Virus record (IMG/VR): IMGVR_UViG_3300017989_000062
Location: 21,483-85,482 of that record
Source: a virus
Taxonomy: Duplodnaviria > Heunggongvirae > Uroviricota > Caudoviricetes
Direction: 5' to 3' (one strand)
DNA: 64,000 nt
Shown here: in pieces, positions 1 through 8,781 of the stretch
Layout: each line of letters starts with the position of its first letter
Position numbering within the stretch: position 1 is the stretch's first letter
Notes under the pieces: generated by a model
Databases searched by the model: none
What the model was told of the DNA's origin: nothing
Seen by the model: only the letters and a program-made list of their open reading frames with translations
Program-made: the position numbers and the translations under genes

Positions 1-201
1 GGTGCCTTATTATGGTATGCTGGTGTCGGTATATTTGTGTGGTTCTGTCATCGAGTTAATGATTATGAAGAAACTGATACCGATAACGTTGATAATGAAT
101 TTGAAACCCTTCGTAAAACTACACTCTCTGAAAAAGAGAAACGAATGAGACGAATTCGGAAAGAACGTGAAGGTAAAATTTACGAAGTCAGAAATGACTA
201 A
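1..201 (+). CDS. 5'-truncated hypothetical membrane protein (not in ORF track)
   Basis: Frame 1 is open from base 1 to TAA at 199-201: GALLWYAGVGIFVWFCHRVNDYEE..., a hydrophobic segment followed by a charged tail. Confidence 0.55.
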   Translation, partial: GALLWYAGVGIFVWFCHRVNDYEETDTDNVDNEFETLRKTTLSEKEKRMRRIRKEREGKIYEVRND

Positions 202-221
202 TTTCAAAAAGATTGGGCAGT

Positions 222-1232
222 TTAGGCTTCCCAATTTTTGGCGTTTAATTCACAAATATTTTTTATTGTTATTAATTCTCTTGTTGCATCAATATGCTTT
301 TGAAATTCATCATAATTTTCGATTGCCTCTTTTATTTTTTCCTCAACATCATTATCGTTAAATTGTCGAACTGCATTAGTTTTATAGTAATCTAGCAATC
401 TAGTTGTATCTCTTAAAAGAAGCGGAGTTCCGCTTGCTAATATCTCAGTCACAATTCTAGGACATCCATCTCTTTGATTAGAACAAACCAGACCAAATTT
501 GCTTTGATTTAATCTCTTATTAAGTTTAGATCGATTTAACAAACCTAGAAATTCAATATTCGTTACGCCATATTTTTTACAAAGTTGTTTTCCAACTTCG
601 GGTTTATTTCCAGTATGTATAATTTTTAATCCTTTTAAATATTCAGATTCAGAAATCTTTCTAATAAAGAACTCCTGACCCTTATATCTGTTTTGTGTAA
701 AATTGGCTGGCCAGCATATATCATACTTCTGAGGACAATCAATTGGGAAGAAAATTTTATCATTAGCTGTCTTATAAAACGGAATAGAATTTGGAATTAT
801 TTTTAAATCTCGATTATCTTCAACTAATATTTTATTGTAAAAACCACCATATTGTGGCGTAACTCTTTGCCCAGTGCCGCAGTATAATTTCTGTCCAATG
901 TTATGAATTTTCTTTGTTACATTACAATACTCTTTGAATCCGCCTCGAAAAAATGAAACATCGGGTTTATCATATAAAGCACATAAATCAAATGTAGGAA
1001 CAAATCTTTGAATGAACTCCTTACCGCCGTAAGGGTAAATAGTAGTAATCTTTTTCTCTGGCGGTTCTAATCTCCATATTACAACTTCATCAAAATGCCC
1101 TTCTTCAAGATAATAAATTCCCATTTGAAGATAGAAGTCATGACACCCAAATCGAAACTTTGATGAACCTTGAAGGTGATGATAATATTCTAAATTTCTA
1201 ATGTTACTTCTAAAAATCCACAATCTCTTCAT
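222..1232 (-). CDS. glycosyltransferase, GT-B fold (GT4-like)
   Basis: C-terminal half typical of GT4: KGQEFFI...NIEFLG...LNQSKFGLVCSNQRDGCPRIVTEILASGTP. Confidence 0.8.
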   Translation of the reverse strand: MKRLWIFRSNIRNLEYYHHLQGSSKFRFGCHDFYLQMGIYYLEEGHFDEVVIWRLEPPEKKITTIYPYGGKEFIQRFVPTFDLCALYDKPDVSFFRGGFKEYCNVTKKIHNIGQKLYCGTGQRVTPQYGGFYNKILVEDNRDLKIIPNSIPFYKTANDKIFFPIDCPQKYDICWPANFTQNRYKGQEFFIRKISESEYLKGLKIIHTGNKPEVGKQLCKKYGVTNIEFLGLLNRSKLNKRLNQSKFGLVCSNQRDGCPRIVTEILASGTPLLLRDTTRLLDYYKTNAVRQFNDNDVEEKIKEAIENYDEFQKHIDATRELITIKNICELNAKNWEA

Positions 1233-1931
1233 TTAATTCTTACTCCGTTGTATTGTAGCATGATGGGGATCAAATGACAAAACTCTTCCGTGGTCAATTG
1301 TCATACATTTCAAACCAATTTGAGATAAACTATATTCTGTTGTAAAAGCTCCTTTGAATTTATTTGGAGATAAATCTAAGTTCGGAATACCTCTAGTTCG
1401 TTTGTGTTCAATTGTATATTTTTTTGCTAAATCAGATTCCATAAGAAATTTTTTAAACAAAAATCTGATGGAATCAATACTTGTTTTACGACCCAATGTG
1501 CAAGCTATATGAAAACCTTCCTTTCCTGTAAACCTTATTTTAGCGGTTCTAATGATTGGTATAGATGTTATAGCAAATTCAAACGTTTCAAGAGCAGCAA
1601 CTTGAGCTTTTCTGAAGTTATCACAATCAATATCAATTATGGCTTTATCTTCTGCTTGACGCATTGTTGAATATATTGTTATTACTCTACCATGAATAAT
1701 ATCATCATAATTAGATGGATTGAGTCTGATGGTTCGATTTTTTATGTTTCTAACAATAACGGATTTGTTTTCTTCAACCATGACTGCTAACATTATATCA
1801 CGATCCATAGTTTCACGGAGTATGTTGGTTTTAAATCTTTGATAATATTCCCAAACATCTATTTCTCGCAAACCTTTGGGATAGAATTTATTCTTTAATA
1901 TAACAGTTTGAGGATGTTCAGGATAACCCAT
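1233..1931 (-). CDS. LigD-type primase-polymerase (AEP) domain, stand-alone
   Basis: AEP motifs IIDID (DxD), FTGKEGFHI, LDLSPN...TEYSL. Confidence 0.8.
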   Translation of the reverse strand: MGYPEHPQTVILKNKFYPKGLREIDVWEYYQRFKTNILRETMDRDIMLAVMVEENKSVIVRNIKNRTIRLNPSNYDDIIHGRVITIYSTMRQAEDKAIIDIDCDNFRKAQVAALETFEFAITSIPIIRTAKIRFTGKEGFHIACTLGRKTSIDSIRFLFKKFLMESDLAKKYTIEHKRTRGIPNLDLSPNKFKGAFTTEYSLSQIGLKCMTIDHGRVLSFDPHHATIQRSKN

Positions 1932-1950
1932 ATGTAAAACTCCTTTTTCC

Positions 1951-1964
1951 TTTTTTATTTGTTC
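1951..1964 (-). promoter_or_regulatory. class-2 candidate promoter motif GAACAAATAAAAAA
   Basis: Copy of the repeated GAACAAA motif just upstream of the minus-strand gene starting at 1931. Confidence 0.4.
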
Positions 1965-1966
1965 TT

Positions 1967-1980
1967 CTATATATATTACT
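1967..1980 (+). promoter_or_regulatory. class-1 candidate phage promoter CTATATATATTACT
   Basis: 12-mer CTATATATATTA recurs in 5 intergenic regions upstream of plus-strand units. Confidence 0.7.
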
Positions 1981-2016
1981 CAACAGATGGAGAATTGTTT
2001 AGAAAGGAGTAAAGAA

Positions 2017-2451
2017 ATGCTTAGATTAAGAATGATACCAACACTTGATCAGTGTCTTGAACTTAATGGTGGAGCAACACAAACTATTTTCCCAAAAACG
2101 GAGAAAAAACTTGGTGAAGGTGATTATATTAAAGCTCTCAAATATGTTGCTAGCAGAAAAAATATGAACCGATATAAGAGTGTAATGGATTTCTTATTTT
2201 GTGAGATGTTTCCCACCCCATGGAAATTCAAAGCTTTTAGGTTCTATAATGATCAAGGACCTCAGTTGAAAGATGATCCTGAAATGTCTGATGCCTTGAT
2301 TAAGATGTTTGACTCAATACTATGTAATGTGGTTCTTGAAATATGTAAAGATGCGTTAAACAAGGATCGCAGGAAAGAATGGGGTTGGTCAAATAAAAGA
2401 AGAGTTACTTGGGAACAGATGAGAACTGTTTCATTACAACAAGCTGCATAA
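2017..2451 (+). CDS. hypothetical protein
   Basis: ORF 1987-2451; start moved to ATG 2017 behind AGGAG RBS. Confidence 0.7.
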   Translation: MLRLRMIPTLDQCLELNGGATQTIFPKTEKKLGEGDYIKALKYVASRKNMNRYKSVMDFLFCEMFPTPWKFKAFRFYNDQGPQLKDDPEMSDALIKMFDSILCNVVLEICKDALNKDRRKEWGWSNKRRVTWEQMRTVSLQQAA

Positions 2452-2456
2452 CATTT

Positions 2457-2585
2457 GCTGGACCAGTGAGCCTCGTATAATACCTACCAATCTATTCTCC
2501 GTTCTGGAGACCAATCATTAACAATGGCTATTGCTAACGATTGGCGGGAAACAGCTTAACGTCCTCACTGGTCCGGCTGTTTTTT
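2457..2585 (+). ncRNA. candidate structured non-coding RNA
   Basis: 14-bp closing stem 2457-2470/2564-2577 enclosing hairpins 2496-2510 and 2511-2544, followed by a T-run. Confidence 0.45.
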
Positions 2586-2617
2586 GTTGAATTATTCCGT
2601 CCGTAAAAACGGCATCA

Positions 2618-2631
2618 CTATATATATTAAT
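2618..2631 (+). promoter_or_regulatory. class-1 candidate phage promoter
   Basis: CTATATATATTAAT upstream of the 2738 gene. Confidence 0.7.
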
Positions 2632-2670
2632 AACTAATAGAGAAAGGAATAATTGGTTTGATTAGATACA

Positions 2671-2690
2671 GTTCTAACGGATGTTAGAAC
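2671..2690. promoter_or_regulatory. operator-like palindrome GTTCTAAC-N4-GTTAGAAC
   Basis: Perfect 8-bp inverted repeat overlapping a GAACTAAATATA variant of the class-2 motif. Confidence 0.35.
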
Positions 2691-2737
2691 TAAATATATA
2701 AACTAAGTATTAATACTTTTAGAAAGGAGAGCAGGTT

Positions 2738-3040
2738 ATGAACTTACAAATTGACACCGACTATGGCAAGAAGTTTGAGCCTGCTGTAGTTGTACAAGAA
2801 CTTGGTGACGAGTTTAATCTTGAGGATGAGAAAGAGATTGGTTTCTGTCGGACATGTAACCAACCTCGTCAGTTTTATACTGGATCTAGGAACAAGGGTT
2901 TTGATAATGTTCCTCTGTGGCAATGTACAAAATGTAAGAAACCAACAGAAACACTTTTCTCGATTGATGAAATTACTCGCTATGACCAGTTGAGTGAACT
3001 CGAGAAGGATGGTTGGTCTACAGCAGCGACTCGCTGGTAA
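2738..3040 (+). CDS. hypothetical zinc-ribbon protein
   Basis: CRTC...CTKC; AAGGAG RBS. Confidence 0.7.
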   Translation: MNLQIDTDYGKKFEPAVVVQELGDEFNLEDEKEIGFCRTCNQPRQFYTGSRNKGFDNVPLWQCTKCKKPTETLFSIDEITRYDQLSELEKDGWSTAATRW

Positions 3041-3050
3041 GGAGTGTAAA

Positions 3051-3227
3051 ATGCATATTCCATCACAACTTTCACCCCACGTCATTGCTTGGGGTGAAGA
3101 ACAAACAAGACGACTAGAGGAAGATGTTCGTGTATTAGAAGAGTTCGTAGACGATCGCAATCGACGTCTGTATGTCTATCACTGTCAATTAAAGAAACAA
3201 GGAAAATCAATTTTCGATTATGTTTAA
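3051..3227 (+). CDS. small hypothetical protein
   Basis: AAGGAG at 3039-3044 before ATG 3051 (in frame with track ORF 2994). Confidence 0.6.
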   Translation: MHIPSQLSPHVIAWGEEQTRRLEEDVRVLEEFVDDRNRRLYVYHCQLKKQGKSIFDYV

Positions 3228-3250
3228 CACGTGTATTTCGCACATAATAA

Positions 3251-3328
3251 ATACCTGGTCTGCTTTGGGCAGGCGGGGGAGCTGTAAAGCTTCCTTCAGT
3301 GGTATGGTGTCCAGTAAGGACAAAAGGA
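3251..3328 (+). promoter_or_regulatory. structured 5' leader (three-way junction plus RBS-proximal hairpin)
   Basis: Stems 3251-3257/3297-3305, 3258-3263/3269-3274, 3275-3283/3288-3296 (GTAA loop), 3308-3312/3318-3322, next to AAGGAG. Confidence 0.35.
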
Positions 3329-3336
3329 GCTGAAAA

Positions 3337-4335
3337 ATGAAAAAGTTTAGCATCGCAGCAATCGTATTGACTATCGCCCTGTTTACTTTTAACTCAAACG
3401 TTAACGCCGGTGGTAAAGGCCAGAACTATCTTGTCCAAGGTCATGTGTATGTGTCTGTAGAGAAGTCCCCTCACAAGTTGGGAACTCCTTGGGGTTACCA
3501 GTCTACTGAATCCTTTGCTCATGACATCGCCGTCGGTTATACCGATGAGGTTGGTATTGAGCGTTACTGTGGATACTTTGCCGACGAGACTGAGCTTCGG
3601 TTTTGGGCTGACAGCAAGAACCGGAAGAAACGTCATTATACCGGTAAGGGTAATTGTCAGACCGATAGTAACCAGTTTGTGATCAATGGCACGAAGTTTG
3701 AAATCAGGACCGAAGCTGATATCCCGGTTGAGCCGGAGCCAGTTGACGAGCCTGTGGATGAGCCTACTGACGATCTTATCGACGAAGAGTCTGCTCCTGA
3801 GTCGGCTGTTGCTTCTCTGTCCTATGTGATTGATGATGCCAAGACTGAAGCTATTGACGAGCCGGATCCGGCCAACTGCGCCGACTATGATACCGACTAC
3901 GAAGAGCTGAATCTTAGTCTTCTGCAGCAGTTTCACAACAGGTCCACTGGAATCAAGCAGATCAGGATTAAGGGTACAGGTCAGTTTGACTGGACGCTTA
4001 CCCGTGATGCTGATGCCACGGTCGTGTTGACCTTGAACGATGAGTGTGATCGTACGTTTGAGGCCACTGACGAAATCGGTTACTTTGACCTGCCCAGTAA
4101 GGGTTACATTGGTCGTCGACTGACGTCTTATGACTTTCCTGAAGGCGTGACTTACCTTGGTAAGTTGCGAATCACGGAAGAGAGTGGACGTCCGACTCAT
4201 TACCTTTATCTCAACGCCGTTGACCAGTTTGACCTGGTTGGAACGAGTGTTGACGTGAAGATCAAAATCTACCAGGACGGTGAATTGGTCCAGGCTTATC
4301 ATGCCGTGAAGACCATGTCCCAGAAAGTAAAATAA
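3337..4335 (+). CDS. secreted/periplasmic hypothetical protein with acidic Pro-rich linker
   Basis: Sec-type signal peptide MKKFSIAAIVLTIALFTFNSNVNA; linker IPVEPEPVDEPVDEPTDD; GC-richer than flanks. Confidence 0.8.
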   Translation: MKKFSIAAIVLTIALFTFNSNVNAGGKGQNYLVQGHVYVSVEKSPHKLGTPWGYQSTESFAHDIAVGYTDEVGIERYCGYFADETELRFWADSKNRKKRHYTGKGNCQTDSNQFVINGTKFEIRTEADIPVEPEPVDEPVDEPTDDLIDEESAPESAVASLSYVIDDAKTEAIDEPDPANCADYDTDYEELNLSLLQQFHNRSTGIKQIRIKGTGQFDWTLTRDADATVVLTLNDECDRTFEATDEIGYFDLPSKGYIGRRLTSYDFPEGVTYLGKLRITEESGRPTHYLYLNAVDQFDLVGTSVDVKIKIYQDGELVQAYHAVKTMSQKVK

Positions 4336-4360
4336 TATTAGCAGCGCGGAGGTGAATCAG

Positions 4361-4495
4361 ATGACTGACGCTCACACCATATACATATCACTGGGTATCG
4401 CAGCAACATGCTGCCTGGCCATATTCGATGTACAGATGTGGGTGCGCCGATGTCTCGATCGCATTGACGCAGTCGCTAATCGTGAAGTTCACTAG
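4361..4495 (+). CDS. 44-aa membrane peptide (not in ORF track)
   Basis: GGAGGTG RBS, then MTDAHTIYISLGIAATCCLAIFDVQMWVRRCLDRIDAVANREVH*, followed by a terminator. Confidence 0.55.
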   Translation: MTDAHTIYISLGIAATCCLAIFDVQMWVRRCLDRIDAVANREVH

Positions 4496-4515
4496 GTGAG
4501 GTAACTCGCCATAAC

Positions 4516-4551
4516 AATAGACGACTCCTACTCGGGGTCGTCTATTTTTTT
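4516..4551 (+). terminator. intrinsic terminator
   Basis: AATAGACGAC...GTCGTCTATT stem plus T-run, between convergent genes. Confidence 0.8.
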
Positions 4552-5511
4552 CCTGCGCTCTTCCATAAACCAATCTATAGTATTACTAAGACCATCCCCA
4601 AGTTTTACTTTTGGTTCCCAATCAAGAATTTCTTTAGCTTTAGAATTATCAGCCCAGTTAGTTTTAAGATCTCCAACTTGTTCTTCCATATTAAATGTTT
4701 GTGGACTAAACCCAAAGTTTCTCAAACGATCTCTCAAAAATTTAATAACCTCATTAACAGAAGTTTCAACACCAGTACATAATTGAAAGACACCGGACTC
4801 ATCCGCAGTTACGGCAGCTTTAATACCTTCCATTAAATCTTCAGTATAAATAAAATCTCTAGTCTGTTTACCATCTCCATAAATAGGAAATGATTTATTC
4901 TCAAACGCGTACTTAATAAACTTCGCGACCAGACTAGTTTTATGAGTTGATAATGGACCGTAAACATTACTAAATCTAAGAGATACTGTATTCATTCCAT
5001 AAGCGTGATAATAAGCATGTCCTAACATTTCTCCACATATTTTTGTTGCCCCATAAGGAGAAATCGGTTCAGGTAAAATTGTCTCTGTTATAGGTGGTTC
5101 TGTATCTCCAACACATGCTCCGCTTGAAGCCATAACAACTGTTCCAACACCGCATTCTCTAGCTGCTTCTAAAACATTATGAGTCCCTATTACATTGTTT
5201 TCAAACCACACTTTTGGTTTCTCGACAGATTCTCTTACTCCAGACATTGCAGCAAGGTGAACAATAACATCAGACCCCTCAGCAGCTTTCAACACATTAC
5301 CATATCCTGTTATTGAATTAACTACAACCTCCACATCAGAAAAAACATTACTATTACCAGGTAGATGATAATCACATACTTTGGAAAGATCTTTAAATGT
5401 TCCAACAGTTAGATTATCTATTACACGAATCTGATGACCACCTTCTTCTAAAAGATTTTTAATCAATGATGTCCCTATGAAACCACAACCTCCAGTTATT
5501 AACCACTTCAC
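4528..5511 (-). CDS. NAD-dependent epimerase/dehydratase (GalE-like extended SDR)
   Basis: ITGGCGFIG, HLAA, YGATK (YxxxK), RFSNVYGP, GDGKQTRDF. Confidence 0.92.
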   Translation of the reverse strand: MKWLITGGCGFIGTSLIKNLLEEGGHQIRVIDNLTVGTFKDLSKVCDYHLPGNSNVFSDVEVVVNSITGYGNVLKAAEGSDVIVHLAAMSGVRESVEKPKVWFENNVIGTHNVLEAARECGVGTVVMASSGACVGDTEPPITETILPEPISPYGATKICGEMLGHAYYHAYGMNTVSLRFSNVYGPLSTHKTSLVAKFIKYAFENKSFPIYGDGKQTRDFIYTEDLMEGIKAAVTADESGVFQLCTGVETSVNEVIKFLRDRLRNFGFSPQTFNMEEQVGDLKTNWADNSKAKEILDWEPKVKLGDGLSNTIDWFMEERRKKIDDPE

Positions 5512-6197
5512 TTCGTCACCTCATATTCTGGTCCAGGTATTGTATTCAATACCTCAAATGCGTTAGCCAAATTCTTCTCGTACTTGATTCCCTCTTGGAT
5601 ATATACAAATGCTCGATCTTTGATTATTCCTGATGGTTTCTTTGTCCTCCCTAATCTGTAGTTGCCTTTATTGATTGTTTTTTGTACAATTTTGCTATTG
5701 TGTTCAAGTTTACAAAACTCGTATATTTTTTGTACAGTGGATGCGGGCATCCATACTAACTCTTCAAATTTAATCTGCATACAATTATCATAATCCGATA
5801 AATAATTTACTACTCTTGGAACCACATGGATATGAGTTTTAACTGCATTATCAAAATCAATTTCAAAAGTTTTCTTACTGGATAAACCAACATCTAATGG
5901 GTGTCTAATAATATGTAACACTCTTGCTTCCGATTTAAACATCTTAAACCAACGCCTTACATACTCTTCAATATGCATCCCAACACCACGACGTATTCTT
6001 CTTGTGTAATAAGGAACTTTCTCACCCCATGTTCCTTCTGGATCTCCGAGACCAGCCAACATATTTTTTTGTTGACCTTTATTAAATTTTAAAAAGAATT
6101 TTTCATGAAACATTTTTTGAACATCTGGATGATTTTCCACTACATTGCGTAATAATGTTGTACCACTTCGTTGAAAACCGACCACTAAAATTTTCAT
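5508..6197 (-). CDS. PAPS-dependent sulfotransferase
   Basis: 5'-PSB loop VGFQRSGTTLL and 3'-PB motif IIRHPLDVGLS. Confidence 0.85.
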   Translation of the reverse strand: MKILVVGFQRSGTTLLRNVVENHPDVQKMFHEKFFLKFNKGQQKNMLAGLGDPEGTWGEKVPYYTRRIRRGVGMHIEEYVRRWFKMFKSEARVLHIIRHPLDVGLSSKKTFEIDFDNAVKTHIHVVPRVVNYLSDYDNCMQIKFEELVWMPASTVQKIYEFCKLEHNSKIVQKTINKGNYRLGRTKKPSGIIKDRAFVYIQEGIKYEKNLANAFEVLNTIPGPEYEVTK

Positions 6198-6802
6198 TCT
6201 TTCTCCACAATAACATAAAGACGTCTAGCCATCCATTCTTGAGGAACTAATTTGAGAAAACCCGCATCGTGATTTTCTGGAGAATGATATAATGTTTCAA
6301 CAACCTTCAACTTTGATCTTTTCAGAATGTTTTCTAAAGTAAATATATCATACCAGCAAACATGATCTGGATTGATTTTAACTTTGTTTCTTACAAACAT
6401 TGCATACCATCTTGATGATCTCATGTTTGGTGTGGTAATTAATAACTGTCCACCATCGGCCAAAATAAAGTATAAGTTATTGAGAAAAGATGTAATATTT
6501 CCAACATGTTCAACAACATCTGTGCAAATTATTTTTTCAAATTTACCAAATTTGTTGACGATGTCAACACCAGAAGAGGGCATTGTCATATCATAGTGAT
6601 AGAGATTCTTTGCTCCTCGTTGTTGAGCTAATGCTAATAACTTTCGATTAATATCTACACCAATTATTTGAGTGGCTGCTTCTTTAAAGACGTTGTGTCG
6701 TTTTAATAGATTTTGAGCTGTTGTGGCACAACATCCTACATCTAAAACTCGTTTGCCTTTAACTCTATCACAAATATCATTTACGTATGATTTAACGATC
6801 AT
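6194..6802 (-). CDS. class I SAM-dependent methyltransferase
   Basis: VLDVGC, IGVDIN, DVVEHV, LADGGQLLITTPN. Confidence 0.88.
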   Translation of the reverse strand: MIVKSYVNDICDRVKGKRVLDVGCCATTAQNLLKRHNVFKEAATQIIGVDINRKLLALAQQRGAKNLYHYDMTMPSSGVDIVNKFGKFEKIICTDVVEHVGNITSFLNNLYFILADGGQLLITTPNMRSSRWYAMFVRNKVKINPDHVCWYDIFTLENILKRSKLKVVETLYHSPENHDAGFLKLVPQEWMARRLYVIVEKE

Positions 6803-7342
6803 TTATTTCTCCTTGTAAATATACCACAATCCTTTTTCAATAATTGCATTTGGTAGAAGTTCATCAACTGCTTTTGTCACACCAAACCCAGGTTTAATAT
6901 CATCTTTTCCGTAATCATGTCCAGCAATCAATCCTCCAAAGTTTACTTTCTGAGACCATAGAAGAATGTCTTGTTTAACATACTCATAAGCATGATTTGC
7001 ATCTATAAAAACAAAATCTAATGTCATATCATGCACAAATTTAGTTGCCTGTTCACTAGTCATTCTGAGTGTCTGTACTCGATCCGGATAAGGGATTTCA
7101 ACAACTCTTTGATATTCTTGAAAAACATCTTCAAAATCAACATTCAAATATCGACCACCTGGTTTTAATATCTTTGTAAAATCAGGATAGTGTTTCCATA
7201 AATCCACACAATATAATCTTTGTAAATCAGGTAATTTTTTTAGTAGTTGTGAAGCACACTCACCTCTAAAAACACCAATTTCTGCTCCGATTAGATGTGG
7301 TTTATCTTTAAGAAGTTGTACAAGCATATCCCATTGTTTCAT
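6803..7342 (-). CDS. class I SAM-dependent methyltransferase (Methyltransf_24-like)
   Basis: AEIGVFRG, DFVFIDANHAYEYVKQD, GGLIAGHDY. Confidence 0.88.
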   Translation of the reverse strand: MKQWDMLVQLLKDKPHLIGAEIGVFRGECASQLLKKLPDLQRLYCVDLWKHYPDFTKILKPGGRYLNVDFEDVFQEYQRVVEIPYPDRVQTLRMTSEQATKFVHDMTLDFVFIDANHAYEYVKQDILLWSQKVNFGGLIAGHDYGKDDIKPGFGVTKAVDELLPNAIIEKGLWYIYKEK

Positions 7343-8547
7343 TCTACTGGCTCCTCAGACCCATATTCATCAATTTCTAGTCCATCTTTCCAAATAGATG
7401 TACATATTATTTTTTCTTTATCACATCGATGTTGATATTTATGTGCTATGTCAGTAATTTCACTCATTAACCAGGCGTCCAACATAATTGGTTCCCACCC
7501 AAGTGATTTAAGTCCTTCGTTTTTAAAGGCTAAATCATTTCGATTATCTTCCAATCTTGGGTTTTTATAATATCGAATCTCTGCTCCTGATAGTTCTTGA
7601 ACTGTAAGAGCCAATTTTTTGATATTCATACACTCGGCAGTTTGATTTAATACCCTAACTCGTTCACCAGTTTGAGGTGGATTTTTAATAGCTAATTCTA
7701 TACATCTAACTGTATCTTGAATATGAATGAACGCTCTTGTTTGGCCTCCGGTTCCATATATCGTTAACGGGTGCCCAACAACTGCTTGCATTAAAAAACG
7801 ATTTAAAACTGTCCCGTAATCACCACAGTAATCAAATCTGTTGATAAGGTGTTCATGATACTTGGTTTGTTCAGTTTGTGTTCCATATACTATTCCTTGA
7901 TGTAGATCAGTTATTCTTACCCCATCATTTTTGTTATAGTAAGAGAAGAACAGGGCATCTTGACATTTTGTGAGATGATAAATAGAACCAGGATTAGCTG
8001 GATACATAATTTCTAATTCTTTCTCTACTCCATCTACATCAACTTTTACTGGAAGATATCCCTCAGGAATTTTCATTCCTACTGATGAATATCCATAATA
8101 TCCAGTAGTCCCAAGATGTACTAAATGAATGTCTAAGCGGGAATCAACAATTGTATTGAGAACATTGTGAGTGGCATTTAGATTATTGTTGACTGTATAT
8201 CTCTTATGAAAGGGGGACTTCATTGAATAAGGAGCTGCTCGTTGCTCAGCAAAATGAACGATTGCAATAGGCTCCAATTCTTCAATAAGCGTCAGAAGTC
8301 TATGATAATGATTAGAGACGTCAAAGTCATGAAATCGTATTCGTTTTCCAGTTCGTGCCCACCAAATATCTGAACGATCTTTTATGGGTTTAATCGGCGT
8401 AAGAGATTCAACTCCAAGCTCAACATCAATTTTTCGGCGAGAGAGATTGTCAACAATAGTAACGTCATAACCAGCTTCAGATAAATGTAAAGCTGTCGGC
8501 CAACCACAAAAACCATCTCCACCGAGAATTAGAATATTTTCAACCAT
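7339..8547 (-). CDS. sqdB: UDP-sulfoquinovose synthase
   Basis: Signature segments GGDGFCGWPTALHLS, HFAEQRAAPYSM, HLVHLGT, NPGSIYHLTK, TDLHQGIVYG, GTVLNRF. Confidence 0.93.
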   Translation of the reverse strand: MVENILILGGDGFCGWPTALHLSEAGYDVTIVDNLSRRKIDVELGVESLTPIKPIKDRSDIWWARTGKRIRFHDFDVSNHYHRLLTLIEELEPIAIVHFAEQRAAPYSMKSPFHKRYTVNNNLNATHNVLNTIVDSRLDIHLVHLGTTGYYGYSSVGMKIPEGYLPVKVDVDGVEKELEIMYPANPGSIYHLTKCQDALFFSYYNKNDGVRITDLHQGIVYGTQTEQTKYHEHLINRFDYCGDYGTVLNRFLMQAVVGHPLTIYGTGGQTRAFIHIQDTVRCIELAIKNPPQTGERVRVLNQTAECMNIKKLALTVQELSGAEIRYYKNPRLEDNRNDLAFKNEGLKSLGWEPIMLDAWLMSEITDIAHKYQHRCDKEKIICTSIWKDGLEIDEYGSEEPVE

Positions 8548-8781
8548 TTATATTTCCTCTTTTAACGTTCCAAAAATATCAATCTTAACTGCTTTATATG
8601 TTTCAAGATAATATAGATACCGAAGCTCTTCTGTCGATTCCATTTGAGGAAACATAGCACTTGGACTTTTTTCTGCTCTAGCTTCATCTCGTTTCTTTTT
8701 AAAATAAGCAATTCTCTCATTCAAATAATTTCTTATATCTTCAGAACTTAAATCACCAGTTTCTGTACAAACATTTTTCAT
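8548..8781 (-). CDS. hypothetical protein
   Basis: Tightly packed ORF in the operon. Confidence 0.65.
   Translation of the reverse strand: MKNVCTETGDLSSEDIRNYLNERIAYFKKKRDEARAEKSPSAMFPQMESTEELRYLYYLETYKAVKIDIFGTLKEEI

Noticed and set aside
10-361. Track ORFs 10-234 (-) and 167-361 (+)
   Set aside because: They conflict with the better-supported 1-201 (+) ORF and the 222-1232 gene; low-complexity translations
2457-2585. Purine riboswitch or hammerhead ribozyme match
   Set aside because: TCGTATAA resembles a purine riboswitch start, but the remaining junction consensus is absent; no CUGAUGA core
3394-4302. 302-aa antisense ORF
   Set aside because: Shadow of the GC-richer signal-peptide gene on the plus strand; no RBS or domain signal
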